This document shows positions 1 through 8,774 of a stretch of DNA of 43,579 bases, piece after piece; the stretch's first letter is position 1, and the number at the start of each line of letters is the position of its first letter. Under the pieces are notes generated by a model. It saw nothing but the letters and a program-made list of their open reading frames with translations. It was not told where the DNA came from and searched no databases. The DNA is from Phycisphaerae bacterium (GTDB lineage: Bacteria > Planctomycetota > Phycisphaerae > Phycisphaerales > SM1A02), in assembly GCA_018665385.1 (NCBI GenBank), contig JABJDN010000080.1:1-43579 (forward strand). The letters are read 5' to 3'. A program made the translations under genes and the position numbers.

Positions 1-1
1 T

Positions 2-433
2 GCTTGCCCTGAGGATGGCTCTGCTATGGAAAAACGCACCGGCCGTTTTGGACCGTTCTTAGCTTCAGTCAATTATCCAGAAATTAAAACAGTAGTGAAT
101 CTAGATAAAAAAGGTGGTGTTAAATATCCATCTCCACCGCCATTGCTCGTTGAATCGTTGCATTGTGAAAAATGCGAAAGCCCAATGAATTTACGGAACG
201 GCAAACGCGGTCCATGGCTAGGCTGCTCTACATTCCCAAAATGCAAAGGTCGTATGGGTTGGAAAACTCTCGAAGACGATATTCGAAATGAACTTGAAGC
301 AGCCTTAGAATTGCACGAAGAAGCAAATCCACAAGTCATTGTTAAAACACTTAGCGGAAAAACCATCGCTGAAGGCAGTCCCATCGAGGACCTTATTATG
401 GAAGGCGGAGTCGTCGAACTCGAAATTTATTAA
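2..433 (+). CDS. topA: DNA topoisomerase I, C-terminal zinc-ribbon region (5' end lies outside the window)
   Basis: The frame is open from the window edge. It holds two TopA-type ribbon repeats: CPEDGSAMEKRTGRFGPF..NYPE (degenerate) and CEKCESPMNLRNGKRGPWLGCSTFPKCKG. Confidence 0.7.
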   Translation, partial: ACPEDGSAMEKRTGRFGPFLASVNYPEIKTVVNLDKKGGVKYPSPPPLLVESLHCEKCESPMNLRNGKRGPWLGCSTFPKCKGRMGWKTLEDDIRNELEAALELHEEANPQVIVKTLSGKTIAEGSPIEDLIMEGGVVELEIY

Positions 434-475
434 CTTCTCAAACTTTTAACCGAGTACTAGGATAAAATACAGATT

Positions 476-1666
476 ATGACTCGGAAAATGACAAGGCAAA
501 TTCAAGTTGGAAACGTACGTATCGGTGGCGATGCTCCCGTATCTATTCAATCGATGACGTCTGGTTACACGCATGATGTTGATGCCTGCGTTACAGAAAT
601 ACATAAACTCGCAAACGCAGGTGCTGACATAGTACGGGTTGCCGTCCCTGAGAAAAAAGATACTGCAGTACTGCCTGAAATTTTGTCGCAAGTATCCGTT
701 CCTATTGTGGCAGATGTACATTTTCATTTTAAACGTGCACTTGAATCAATCGAAGCAGGCGTTCATAAAATTCGCCTTAATCCTGGCAACATTGGTGACA
801 CTGAACAAGTGAACGCAGTTATCGATGCATGCAAAGACGCTGGTATTCCAATTCGAATTGGTGTGAATGAAGGCTCAGTCGTTGAACGTAAAGATAAACA
901 AAAACGACAGGAAGAACTCGCTTCATTTTTCTCAGATAGAAAACAAGGTCACCTTCTTGCGATGATGATTGCGAAAATTGAAGAGTATCTTGATATATTT
1001 GCAGCTCGTGATTTTCACGATATTTGCCTAAGTGCGAAGCTAATGGACGCAAGGCTCGTCATTGACATTTATGAAGAACTTTCCAAACGGTTTGATTATC
1101 CCCTTCACTTAGGAGTGACCCACGCAGGTCCTCGTGAAACTGGTTCAATCCGTTCCATATCTGCACTTGGCTCTCTCCTTTCCCAGGGAATTGGGGACAC
1201 GATCCGTATTAGTTACGCAAGCGACCCTGTATACGAAGTTGAAGACGGCGTAGAACTCCTTAACTGTTTAGATTTACGCGACCGAATTGGTGCCGAACTC
1301 ATTGCTTGCCCAAGTTGCGGGCGCATACAAGTCGATTTGTTTACATTAGTTGACGATGTTCGCAAACAGTTACAAGACGATATCGATGTGCCAATAAAAG
1401 TTGCCGTTATGGGTTGTGTTGTCAATGGCCCAGGCGAAGCTGAAGGTGCAGATGTTGCAGTATTTGCAGGCGATCGTCGTGGAATAATTTATGTGCAAGG
1501 CGAACGCGTTGCAAATGTTCCAGAAAATGAAATCCTTGACAGACTTCTGCATGAATGTAAAAATTTACAAGAGCGAGTCCGATCAGGCGCTACAAAACTT
1601 GGCGAAAAAGCGGTAACTATTGTCGCTCCAACATCAGATGTAACCATCGAAGGTCACCACCAGTGA
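476..1666 (+). CDS. ispG: 4-hydroxy-3-methylbut-2-en-1-yl diphosphate synthase (MEP pathway)
   Basis: N-terminus TRQIQVGNVRIGGDAPVSIQSMT, the CPSCGR Fe-S cysteine motif and GCVVNGPGE. The length of 396 aa is typical of GcpE/IspG. Confidence 0.95.
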   Translation: MTRKMTRQIQVGNVRIGGDAPVSIQSMTSGYTHDVDACVTEIHKLANAGADIVRVAVPEKKDTAVLPEILSQVSVPIVADVHFHFKRALESIEAGVHKIRLNPGNIGDTEQVNAVIDACKDAGIPIRIGVNEGSVVERKDKQKRQEELASFFSDRKQGHLLAMMIAKIEEYLDIFAARDFHDICLSAKLMDARLVIDIYEELSKRFDYPLHLGVTHAGPRETGSIRSISALGSLLSQGIGDTIRISYASDPVYEVEDGVELLNCLDLRDRIGAELIACPSCGRIQVDLFTLVDDVRKQLQDDIDVPIKVAVMGCVVNGPGEAEGADVAVFAGDRRGIIYVQGERVANVPENEILDRLLHECKNLQERVRSGATKLGEKAVTIVAPTSDVTIEGHHQ

Positions 1667-2583
1667 ACAAAAAACTCCCCACTGGGTTCACAATTATCGA
1701 AATGATTATTGTGATTGCTGTTATTGGCGTACTTGTTGCTATCTTGATACCCGCTGCACGAGGAGTCATGTCGCGATCTAGAAAAGTCAAGGAAATGAAT
1801 CTTATAAGCCACGTTGGAAAAGCGTGGAATATGTATTCTGTAGATCACCTTGATACTATTCTTCCTGGCTACGTGAGCACTGAGGTGCAAGCAAAAGAGG
1901 AACTTGCTTGGATTTTCCCAAATGAAACGCTCGTGCCGCCTGCTCCGGACTATGGACCAAATGATCCTAACGACGCGGGGCCTTGGCCATTCCGATTACT
2001 TGATTACCTTGATTACGATTGGGAATCTGTTCTTTCGTACAAAAAAACTGAGTGGTCCAGTGGCGATTTGCGAGAATACGCAAATATTATTGCAACAGAG
2101 CCAGCATTTGGATACAACGGTTTTTATTTAGGTGGCTGGCAAGAAGTGGACAACCATGGCGGGCGTGTTACATCATTGTTCAGTAATGTTGCGTTAACAA
2201 ACGGCAGGCGCGTAAACGTAGTTGCAAAACATACATCCGCAATTCCAAGGGCTGACAACCAAATTGTTTTCTGCAGCACTTTTTTTGCAACAGAGGGCAT
2301 CCATCACGAGTTGTCAGACGACACCCCCGGTACGTTCATGGCAAGTCCGAGTGTTCTTGCACGCGTCAAAAGATGGCAGCCAATCGCTAGCGACAGAATA
2401 GAAGCACTATTCGATACATACGCGCCGCTAGGCAGATACAACGGAATTCCATCACTCGTATTTGCTGACGGTTCAGTCCGTACTATTGATACAGTGAAAC
2501 TGCTCGACCAATCGCTTTGGATTCCAAGCGCAAAACAAATTGGCGACGTTCCAGCAAGTGAATTTTCACACACAATGAACTGA
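1663..2583 (+). CDS. Prepilin-type N-terminal cleavage/methylation domain protein (DUF1559-like pseudopilin)
   Basis: N-terminus (GTG)NKKLPTG|FTIIEMIIVIAVIGVLVAILIPA is a classic type IV prepilin leader plus hydrophobic helix. The C-terminal SLVFADGSVRTI resembles the DG motif of planctomycete DUF1559 proteins. The GTG start overlaps the ispG TGA stop (GTGA). Confidence 0.8.
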   Translation: MNKKLPTGFTIIEMIIVIAVIGVLVAILIPAARGVMSRSRKVKEMNLISHVGKAWNMYSVDHLDTILPGYVSTEVQAKEELAWIFPNETLVPPAPDYGPNDPNDAGPWPFRLLDYLDYDWESVLSYKKTEWSSGDLREYANIIATEPAFGYNGFYLGGWQEVDNHGGRVTSLFSNVALTNGRRVNVVAKHTSAIPRADNQIVFCSTFFATEGIHHELSDDTPGTFMASPSVLARVKRWQPIASDRIEALFDTYAPLGRYNGIPSLVFADGSVRTIDTVKLLDQSLWIPSAKQIGDVPASEFSHTMN

Positions 2584-2584
2584 G

Positions 2585-3841
2585 TTAATTTGAAGAATCA
2601 TCCTTTGATTTCTTCTGGTTCTTCATTTGGTATTCAAGCATAAAACGCATGCGTTTCATATCGCTTTGATCAAGAAGTGATTTGCTTGGATCGACGCTCA
2701 TAGAAGCAAACCACTTTTCTTCCACTGCTGTATATCCAAACAACTTCTCCATGCGTACACTCAAGTCATCCATGTGACCTGCGCCATACAATACGCCGAT
2801 CGAAGATGCACCTTCGACATACTCCAGTGTAAATGCAATATCGCTAAGTACTTCAGTATTCCTGTCAATGATGATGACGTTGTTGAGTTCGGGCTCTACT
2901 TCTTGAAGTAAATCAGTAGTTCCTGGCATCGATAAAATTTCGATCATGAGCAATCTAGCGGTTTCTTGCACTCCACCACCAAGCAAGAGGTCTAGCATAG
3001 GAATGATTTTCATAACCCCGCTCGCAAGTTTTGCAGTAAACGCTTCGCCAGTAATTGTTTCTAAAATCGCAGGGTCAGCGCCTCTTTCAACAAATTTTTC
3101 TTGCACTTCACCAATTGTCAAGTCGCTGCAGAACCACGTTGGATCGTCGTACCCTAGTCCTTCCAGTTGAAACTCAAGACCAAGCATATCTGCCATCTCG
3201 GCTTGAATCCCTTTGTCTGCTGACACGGCAGCTTTATCCTCTGGAATAATAATCTCTCGTGTCGCTTGCATGTCAGCAGCAAAAGTGTCGCCGCCACGTT
3301 TTCCATCTGCGCCAAAACACCAGAGAGTAACTTCATTCTTTTCTTTATCTATCTGCAATACGAATTGTCTGCCCCACGCATCAACCGAAGCATCCTCAGC
3401 CCACGTTGCAAGTCGACTGTCGAGAATGGCAGCCTCAATAAACACGTCTTCAATGTTTTCTGGATAAGTACCAGTATCTTCGATGACGCGTTTCGTAATG
3501 TCTGCAACAAACTCAAGCGAAAGCAGGGTTGATTCGAATTTTTCCTCTTCTGTATTTCCAGCTGGAGGTCTTGAACCCGTTGGCATCACAGATTCGTACA
3601 ACACCATATCCATACCATCGAGTAATTCCGACACCTTTTCGTAATACGAAGCATCGCCAATATGCACAACTCCAACCAGCCAGATGTCTGGCTTGTCTTC
3701 TGCAATATATTTCCTTGACGCTATTTCAAGAGATACTTGATTTTCGCTCTCTGCTTTTCGAGTCCAAGGCACTATCCCCACATCTGCTTTTGGTTCTTGA
3801 CCAAGTGCGCAAACGCATATACAAGTAGTTATAAAAATCAT
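2585..3841 (-). CDS. Secreted TraB/GumN (YbaP)-family protein with an inserted GspG-like pseudopilin globular domain
   Basis: Hydrophobic N-terminus MIFITTCICVCALG. TraB/GumN motifs are WLVGVVHIGD, MDMVLYE, IDRNTEVL and GVLYGAGHMDDL. Residues ~104-192 (nt 3266-3532) resemble the T2SS GspG domain (TGTYPENIEDV...DAWGRQFVLQ...FGADGKRGGDTFAADM). Confidence 0.55.
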   Translation of the reverse strand: MIFITTCICVCALGQEPKADVGIVPWTRKAESENQVSLEIASRKYIAEDKPDIWLVGVVHIGDASYYEKVSELLDGMDMVLYESVMPTGSRPPAGNTEEEKFESTLLSLEFVADITKRVIEDTGTYPENIEDVFIEAAILDSRLATWAEDASVDAWGRQFVLQIDKEKNEVTLWCFGADGKRGGDTFAADMQATREIIIPEDKAAVSADKGIQAEMADMLGLEFQLEGLGYDDPTWFCSDLTIGEVQEKFVERGADPAILETITGEAFTAKLASGVMKIIPMLDLLLGGGVQETARLLMIEILSMPGTTDLLQEVEPELNNVIIIDRNTEVLSDIAFTLEYVEGASSIGVLYGAGHMDDLSVRMEKLFGYTAVEEKWFASMSVDPSKSLLDQSDMKRMRFMLEYQMKNQKKSKDDSSN

Positions 3842-4452
3842 TCTTTGCCCCCTTGCTGGGCTGCAGCGATAAGCGATTCAATACGACCAATCGAACGTGA
3901 TGACCAACCTCTAAATAACATATACGGAAATAGTGTTACTAAGGCGACAATCAAACCGAGTGCAGTCGTTAACAGTGCTGCCGCAATTCCTCCGGCAACA
4001 TCAGATGGGTCAGTTAACACAGATTGTTCACCGAGCAAACGAAACGACTGAATGATGCCTAGCACTGTTCCTAAAATACCAAGCAAAGGCGCCGCAGTAA
4101 TTATTGTGGAGAGCGCAACCATAAACCGATCAATCTTTGGCCGTTGTGCTTCCACTGCTTCCATAGCAACTGCATCGCTTGGGCCGTTTAAAATGAGTGC
4201 CTTCGCTACAAAACCGTACGGTGTTCTATCGTTCTTCACTGCAGCTTGCGCGGAATCGAAATCGCCCCGCCTCAAAAATCCGTTGAGTTTTTCTAGACGA
4301 GCTATCGAACCCTTTCCACCAACAAGCATCCAAAACCAGCATCGCTCTAATATAAGCGCAACGCTAATGATGCTTAGGATAAAAAGCGGGACCATGACAT
4401 AGCCGCCCTTGTCTATTAAATTTGTTAGATCTTGCATTACTTCTTCTTGCAT
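3838..4452 (-). CDS. MotA/TolQ/ExbB proton-channel family protein
   Basis: 204 aa with three predicted TM segments. The C-terminal part LGILGTVLGIIQSF...GGIAAALLTTALGLIVA is typical of ExbB/TolQ. ATGA overlap with the downstream gene at 3838-3841. Confidence 0.85.
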   Translation of the reverse strand: MQEEVMQDLTNLIDKGGYVMVPLFILSIISVALILERCWFWMLVGGKGSIARLEKLNGFLRRGDFDSAQAAVKNDRTPYGFVAKALILNGPSDAVAMEAVEAQRPKIDRFMVALSTIITAAPLLGILGTVLGIIQSFRLLGEQSVLTDPSDVAGGIAAALLTTALGLIVALVTLFPYMLFRGWSSRSIGRIESLIAAAQQGGKE

Positions 4453-4490
4453 ATGTAGATTGTAGGTTTACAACGTACAATCTGTGGGAT

Positions 4491-5381
4491 ATGAAGCAAT
4501 CTATAAAAACACCTCCAACTGCACTTCTAGAGGCAGTTGAACTCATCGAACCATTGCTTCAGAAGCGATTAGAATCGTTCGACTTGCCCGCCAATCTATA
4601 CGATGCGGCGTCGTACGCAGTTGTAAATGGTGGAAAACGGGTTCGCCCCGCACTTACACTTATGTGTTGTGAAGTTGTTGGCGGTTCGCGAGATCTAGCC
4701 ATCGATGCCGCTATTGCGGTCGAGTTTATCCACTGCTTCAGTTTAGTACATGATGATTTACCCTCAATTGACAATGACGAACTTCGGAGGGGGAAGCCGA
4801 CCCTTCATATTCATGCAGGTGAGGCTATGGCTGTTTTGGCTGGAGACTTGCTCCTTCCACTTGCTTTTGAATTGCTCTCAAACGGACAATATACAGCTAC
4901 GCAACAAAGCAAACTTGTACGCACGCTTGCAAGCGCAACTCGAAAGATGGTCGCTGGGCAAGTGTACGACACACTAGGTGGATTACCAGAACATTTGAGC
5001 GCAGAAGACGGATTGAAAGAAATTCATAAAAACAAAACTGGCGCACTCATTTCGTGTGCATGCACTCTAGGCGGTATATGCGGAAAAGCATCCGATGCAC
5101 ACTTGAAAGCCATACAAGAGTTCGGCGAAACGACTGGTCTCATGTTCCAAATTGTTGACGACCTAATAGATTTGCAAGGTGAATCTGAACATGTTGGCAA
5201 AGCAACGGGAAAAGACGCAGATGCCGGGAAAAAAACATATCCAGGCACAATCGGGGTGGAAGAATCACTCTGCGCTGTGCAAAGCCTTCAAAAACGTGCA
5301 GAAGAAGCACTTTCGCCCCTTGGCAACGATGCAGAAACCCTAAGGTTATTCAATCTTTGGATGGCGCATCGAACTCGATAA
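4491..5381 (+). CDS. ispA: Polyprenyl diphosphate synthase (farnesyl/geranylgeranyl diphosphate synthase)
   Basis: First aspartate-rich motif LVHDDLPSIDNDELRRGKPT and second motif FQIVDDLID. I chose the ATG at 4491 (296 aa) over the upstream ORF-track start at 4422, which would overlap the divergent exbB-like gene. Confidence 0.85.
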   Translation: MKQSIKTPPTALLEAVELIEPLLQKRLESFDLPANLYDAASYAVVNGGKRVRPALTLMCCEVVGGSRDLAIDAAIAVEFIHCFSLVHDDLPSIDNDELRRGKPTLHIHAGEAMAVLAGDLLLPLAFELLSNGQYTATQQSKLVRTLASATRKMVAGQVYDTLGGLPEHLSAEDGLKEIHKNKTGALISCACTLGGICGKASDAHLKAIQEFGETTGLMFQIVDDLIDLQGESEHVGKATGKDADAGKKTYPGTIGVEESLCAVQSLQKRAEEALSPLGNDAETLRLFNLWMAHRTR

Positions 5382-5412
5382 GCGTACTAAGCGTACAATA
5401 GACAAATCCCAC

Positions 5413-7344
5413 ATGCCTACTGAATTACTAACAACAATCAATTCCCCAGATGATTTACGAAAACTGTCTGTATCTCAACTCCCACAATTGGCAGAAGAGA
5501 TGCGTCACGCGATTTGCGAACAAGTAAAAAAATCAGGCGGGCACCTAGCACCAAACTTAGGCGTAGTTGAACTTATGATTGCGCTTCATTATGTGTTTGA
5601 TTTCTCGCACGATCGACTTTTGTTTGACGTCGGGCACCAATGTTACCCTCATAAATTACTTACGGGGCGCCAGCATCTGCTTGGTAAGCTTCGACAAAAA
5701 GGTGGTATGTCTGGCTTCCCATCGCCAGACGAATCTCCATTCGATTTGTTCGCCGTTGGTCACGCTGGCACAGCAATTTCAACTGCAGTTGGTATGGCAC
5801 GGGGTGACACTATTCATGGCGAATCCTACGAACCTGAAACAAATCAGGACGGAAGAAGAGTTGTCGCCTTTATAGGAGATGCGAGTATTGTCAACGGCGT
5901 TGCTATGGAAGGGCTTAACAACGCAGGCACTCTAAAAAGACAAATGCTCATCGTATTGAACGATAACGGTATGAGTATCGCAAATCCACAAGGTGCAATT
6001 GCTGATTACTTTGACCACCTTCGTGTTGGCTCTACGTATAGATCGATGAAGAAAAAGGCAAAGAATGTAATGAAGGGTCTTCCTGGAGGCTCGTTATTAA
6101 AAGACATGTCGCACCGAATGACCGAAATGCTGAAAGACGCAATTTTTGAAGATTCATGGTTTGAGCATTTTGGAATCCTCTCCGTTGGTCCAATCGATGG
6201 ACACGATTTACCTTCACTCATTGAAATGCTGCTGGAAGTACGAGACGTAGACAGACCACTGCTGCTCCATGCGCATACGATCAAAGGGAAGGGATTTGAA
6301 TACACTGAAAACAATGCGACAGAATTTCATTCTCCAAAACCATTTGAAGTATCCGATTGCGCAGTAACGGTGCAATCCTCTGGCCGTTCATTCACGGCAG
6401 CATTTTCAGACGCACTTATTGATCTTCTAAAACAAGACTCTAAAGTAGTTGCTGCAACTGCAGCAATGCCTGATGGCACGGGCACAAAAGAAGCCATCAC
6501 ACTTTTCCCAGATCGAGTCTGGGACACAGGCATTTGCGAATCCCACGCTATGGACATGCTCGCAGGCTTGGCAAAAACAGGTTGCAAACCATTTTTTGCA
6601 GTGTACTCAACATTTTTGCAACGAGCATTCGACCAAGCATTTCAAGAAGTTGCGTTACAAGGCCTACCCGTTCGACTCTGCCTCGACAGAGCCGGAGTAG
6701 TTGGTGGAGACGGGGCTGTGCATCATGGATTTTGTGACATCTCGTTGTTACGAGTTTTACCAAATGCAACACTCCTAGCTGCAATAGATGAAACAACACT
6801 CAAGCATGGCTTGCAATGTATGTTGCAATGCAACGATGGGCTTTCCGCTATTCGTTATCCGAGAGACAGCGTGAGCGAACTTGTTGCTGACTCACCACCA
6901 TTTGTCATTGGAAAAGCACACTGTATTCTTGAATCAAAAGAACCCAAACTAGCAATTCTTGGATACGGCACCCCAGCTATCCACGCACTAGAAGCTGCGC
7001 AACGGCTAGATTCACAATCTATAGCGGTGTACGATGCACGCTTTGCAAAGCCTGTTGATGGCGACCTTATTGAGTCCCTGCTTTCAAATTCAATCCCAAT
7101 TATTACCGTTGAAGATCACAGTACTATTGGAGGATTTGGTTCAGCGGTTATTGAAGAAGCATCGAATCGAAATTTAGACACCTCCCTCGTCACAGTGCTC
7201 GGCTTACCTGATCGCTGGATTGGGCACGGCTCTCGCAAAGAACAATTAGAAGAAGCAGGCATTGATGCGACTTCGATTGCTCTAGTTGCCGAGAAATTTT
7301 TGCAACCAACTAAAACAGAAATTCCAGAAATAGTAACCTCTTAA
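5413..7344 (+). CDS. dxs: 1-deoxy-D-xylulose-5-phosphate synthase
   Basis: GHQCYPHKLLTGR, the ThDP-binding GDASIVNGVAMEGLNNAG and a transketolase-like C-terminal domain. 643 aa, directly downstream of ispA as in many bacteria. Confidence 0.95.
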   Translation: MPTELLTTINSPDDLRKLSVSQLPQLAEEMRHAICEQVKKSGGHLAPNLGVVELMIALHYVFDFSHDRLLFDVGHQCYPHKLLTGRQHLLGKLRQKGGMSGFPSPDESPFDLFAVGHAGTAISTAVGMARGDTIHGESYEPETNQDGRRVVAFIGDASIVNGVAMEGLNNAGTLKRQMLIVLNDNGMSIANPQGAIADYFDHLRVGSTYRSMKKKAKNVMKGLPGGSLLKDMSHRMTEMLKDAIFEDSWFEHFGILSVGPIDGHDLPSLIEMLLEVRDVDRPLLLHAHTIKGKGFEYTENNATEFHSPKPFEVSDCAVTVQSSGRSFTAAFSDALIDLLKQDSKVVAATAAMPDGTGTKEAITLFPDRVWDTGICESHAMDMLAGLAKTGCKPFFAVYSTFLQRAFDQAFQEVALQGLPVRLCLDRAGVVGGDGAVHHGFCDISLLRVLPNATLLAAIDETTLKHGLQCMLQCNDGLSAIRYPRDSVSELVADSPPFVIGKAHCILESKEPKLAILGYGTPAIHALEAAQRLDSQSIAVYDARFAKPVDGDLIESLLSNSIPIITVEDHSTIGGFGSAVIEEASNRNLDTSLVTVLGLPDRWIGHGSRKEQLEEAGIDATSIALVAEKFLQPTKTEIPEIVTS

Positions 7345-7353
7345 GAAATTTTT

Positions 7354-8073
7354 ATGTCAATACTAATCATCGAGCACAGTACCCTTACAGGAGCAGAAAG
7401 ACTTGGATTCCGATTGAGCGAAGACGGTCACAGATTACAAGTTGTTCGCGTTCACAAAGGCGAACAATTGCCAGATAATCTTGATGAAATTGATGGAGTG
7501 ATAAGTTGCGGAGGCCCTCAGGCACCTGACTGCAGCGATGATTGGGTCGACCACGAACTTCGCTTGCTGAAAGAAGCTGACGAGTTACAACTTCCAATCT
7601 TAGGCATTTGCCTAGGCTCACAGCTTCTCGCTCGAGCGCTCGGTGGAAGCGTCGCAAAATGCAGCGCTCCCGAGTACGGCTGGTATGACATCACACTTAA
7701 TGCATCTGGTAAAGAAGATGTTTTATTCGCAGGGCAACCTTGGACAGGACCACAACTGCACTGGCATCTCTGGGAGGTAACCGAATTGCCTGCTGATGCA
7801 ATTGCACTTGCAAGTTCTGAACGATGCAACAACCAGATATGGATGAAGGGTATACATACCTACGCTGTTCAATTCCACCCTGAATGTACGAGAGAGACTA
7901 TTACTGCTTGGATTGCCGACGAAGATCCCGATTCCGGAATTGACGGAAATGCAATTGAATCTGAAACAGATGCCAATTTTGCAAATTACGAACGATTAAC
8001 TAATCGCTTCTTTGATGCAATTTCCCAACTCCATATGCCTGTGCATACTCGGCTTCAACGGCAACGACACTAA
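7354..8073 (+). CDS. Class I (type 1) glutamine amidotransferase-like protein
   Basis: Nucleophile elbow LPILGICLGSQLLARALGG and the downstream YAVQFHPE histidine motif. Confidence 0.75.
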   Translation: MSILIIEHSTLTGAERLGFRLSEDGHRLQVVRVHKGEQLPDNLDEIDGVISCGGPQAPDCSDDWVDHELRLLKEADELQLPILGICLGSQLLARALGGSVAKCSAPEYGWYDITLNASGKEDVLFAGQPWTGPQLHWHLWEVTELPADAIALASSERCNNQIWMKGIHTYAVQFHPECTRETITAWIADEDPDSGIDGNAIESETDANFANYERLTNRFFDAISQLHMPVHTRLQRQRH

Positions 8074-8074
8074 C

Positions 8075-8710
8075 ATGGATAAAGAAAACCCAACTCCGCA
8101 ATACCTCAAACCATATCAAGAGGCTGTTGAAGAACATGGTGGAAATTTTGAAGCGACATTATGGCGTTCCAAAAAAGGGCAAGAATTACGATTTCAAGCG
8201 TTCACGCAAGCAATAGATTTTTCAGGCACAACTATTCTCGACATAGGATGTGGAATTGGGGACTTCGCTGAACACTTGTTGCAAGTGGACATGCAGTACG
8301 ACACATACATCGGAATAGATGCAATGGAAGAAATGATTACAACTGCGAACGCGCGTACTCTTGCACGTGCTACATTTCAAGTTGATGATGTTTTGCAAAA
8401 TACAAGTTTGATCTCTGATTTCGATTGGGCTATATTTTCTGGAACACTCAACGCTATGAATGAAGATGTCGCTGAAGAACTTATCAAAACCACATTCCAA
8501 GCGTGCAAAATTGGCGTTGCTTTTAATTTCCTTTCAGACACATCTGGTCGTGACCCAGAAACTGAAGACTTGCACCCTGCAACACGCTTTAACACCATTT
8601 CATGGCTAAAAACTGCTTTTTCGCTATCGCCTGTTGTTTCGTTCACACAAACCTATTTGCATGGGCATGACGGTACTATTATTATTCGTAAACACGAAGT
8701 TCCGCAGTAA
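8075..8710 (+). CDS. Class I SAM-dependent methyltransferase
   Basis: SAM-binding motif I ILDIGCGIGDFAEHL. The ATG at 8075 lies 1 nt after the upstream stop, and I rejected the ORF-track extension to 8012. Confidence 0.7.
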   Translation: MDKENPTPQYLKPYQEAVEEHGGNFEATLWRSKKGQELRFQAFTQAIDFSGTTILDIGCGIGDFAEHLLQVDMQYDTYIGIDAMEEMITTANARTLARATFQVDDVLQNTSLISDFDWAIFSGTLNAMNEDVAEELIKTTFQACKIGVAFNFLSDTSGRDPETEDLHPATRFNTISWLKTAFSLSPVVSFTQTYLHGHDGTIIIRKHEVPQ

Positions 8711-8774
8711 AGTGAAAGTGACAGGGAATTCAACTGTACAATAATGAGCGTCTTACTCAAGGAGAGAATGAAAG

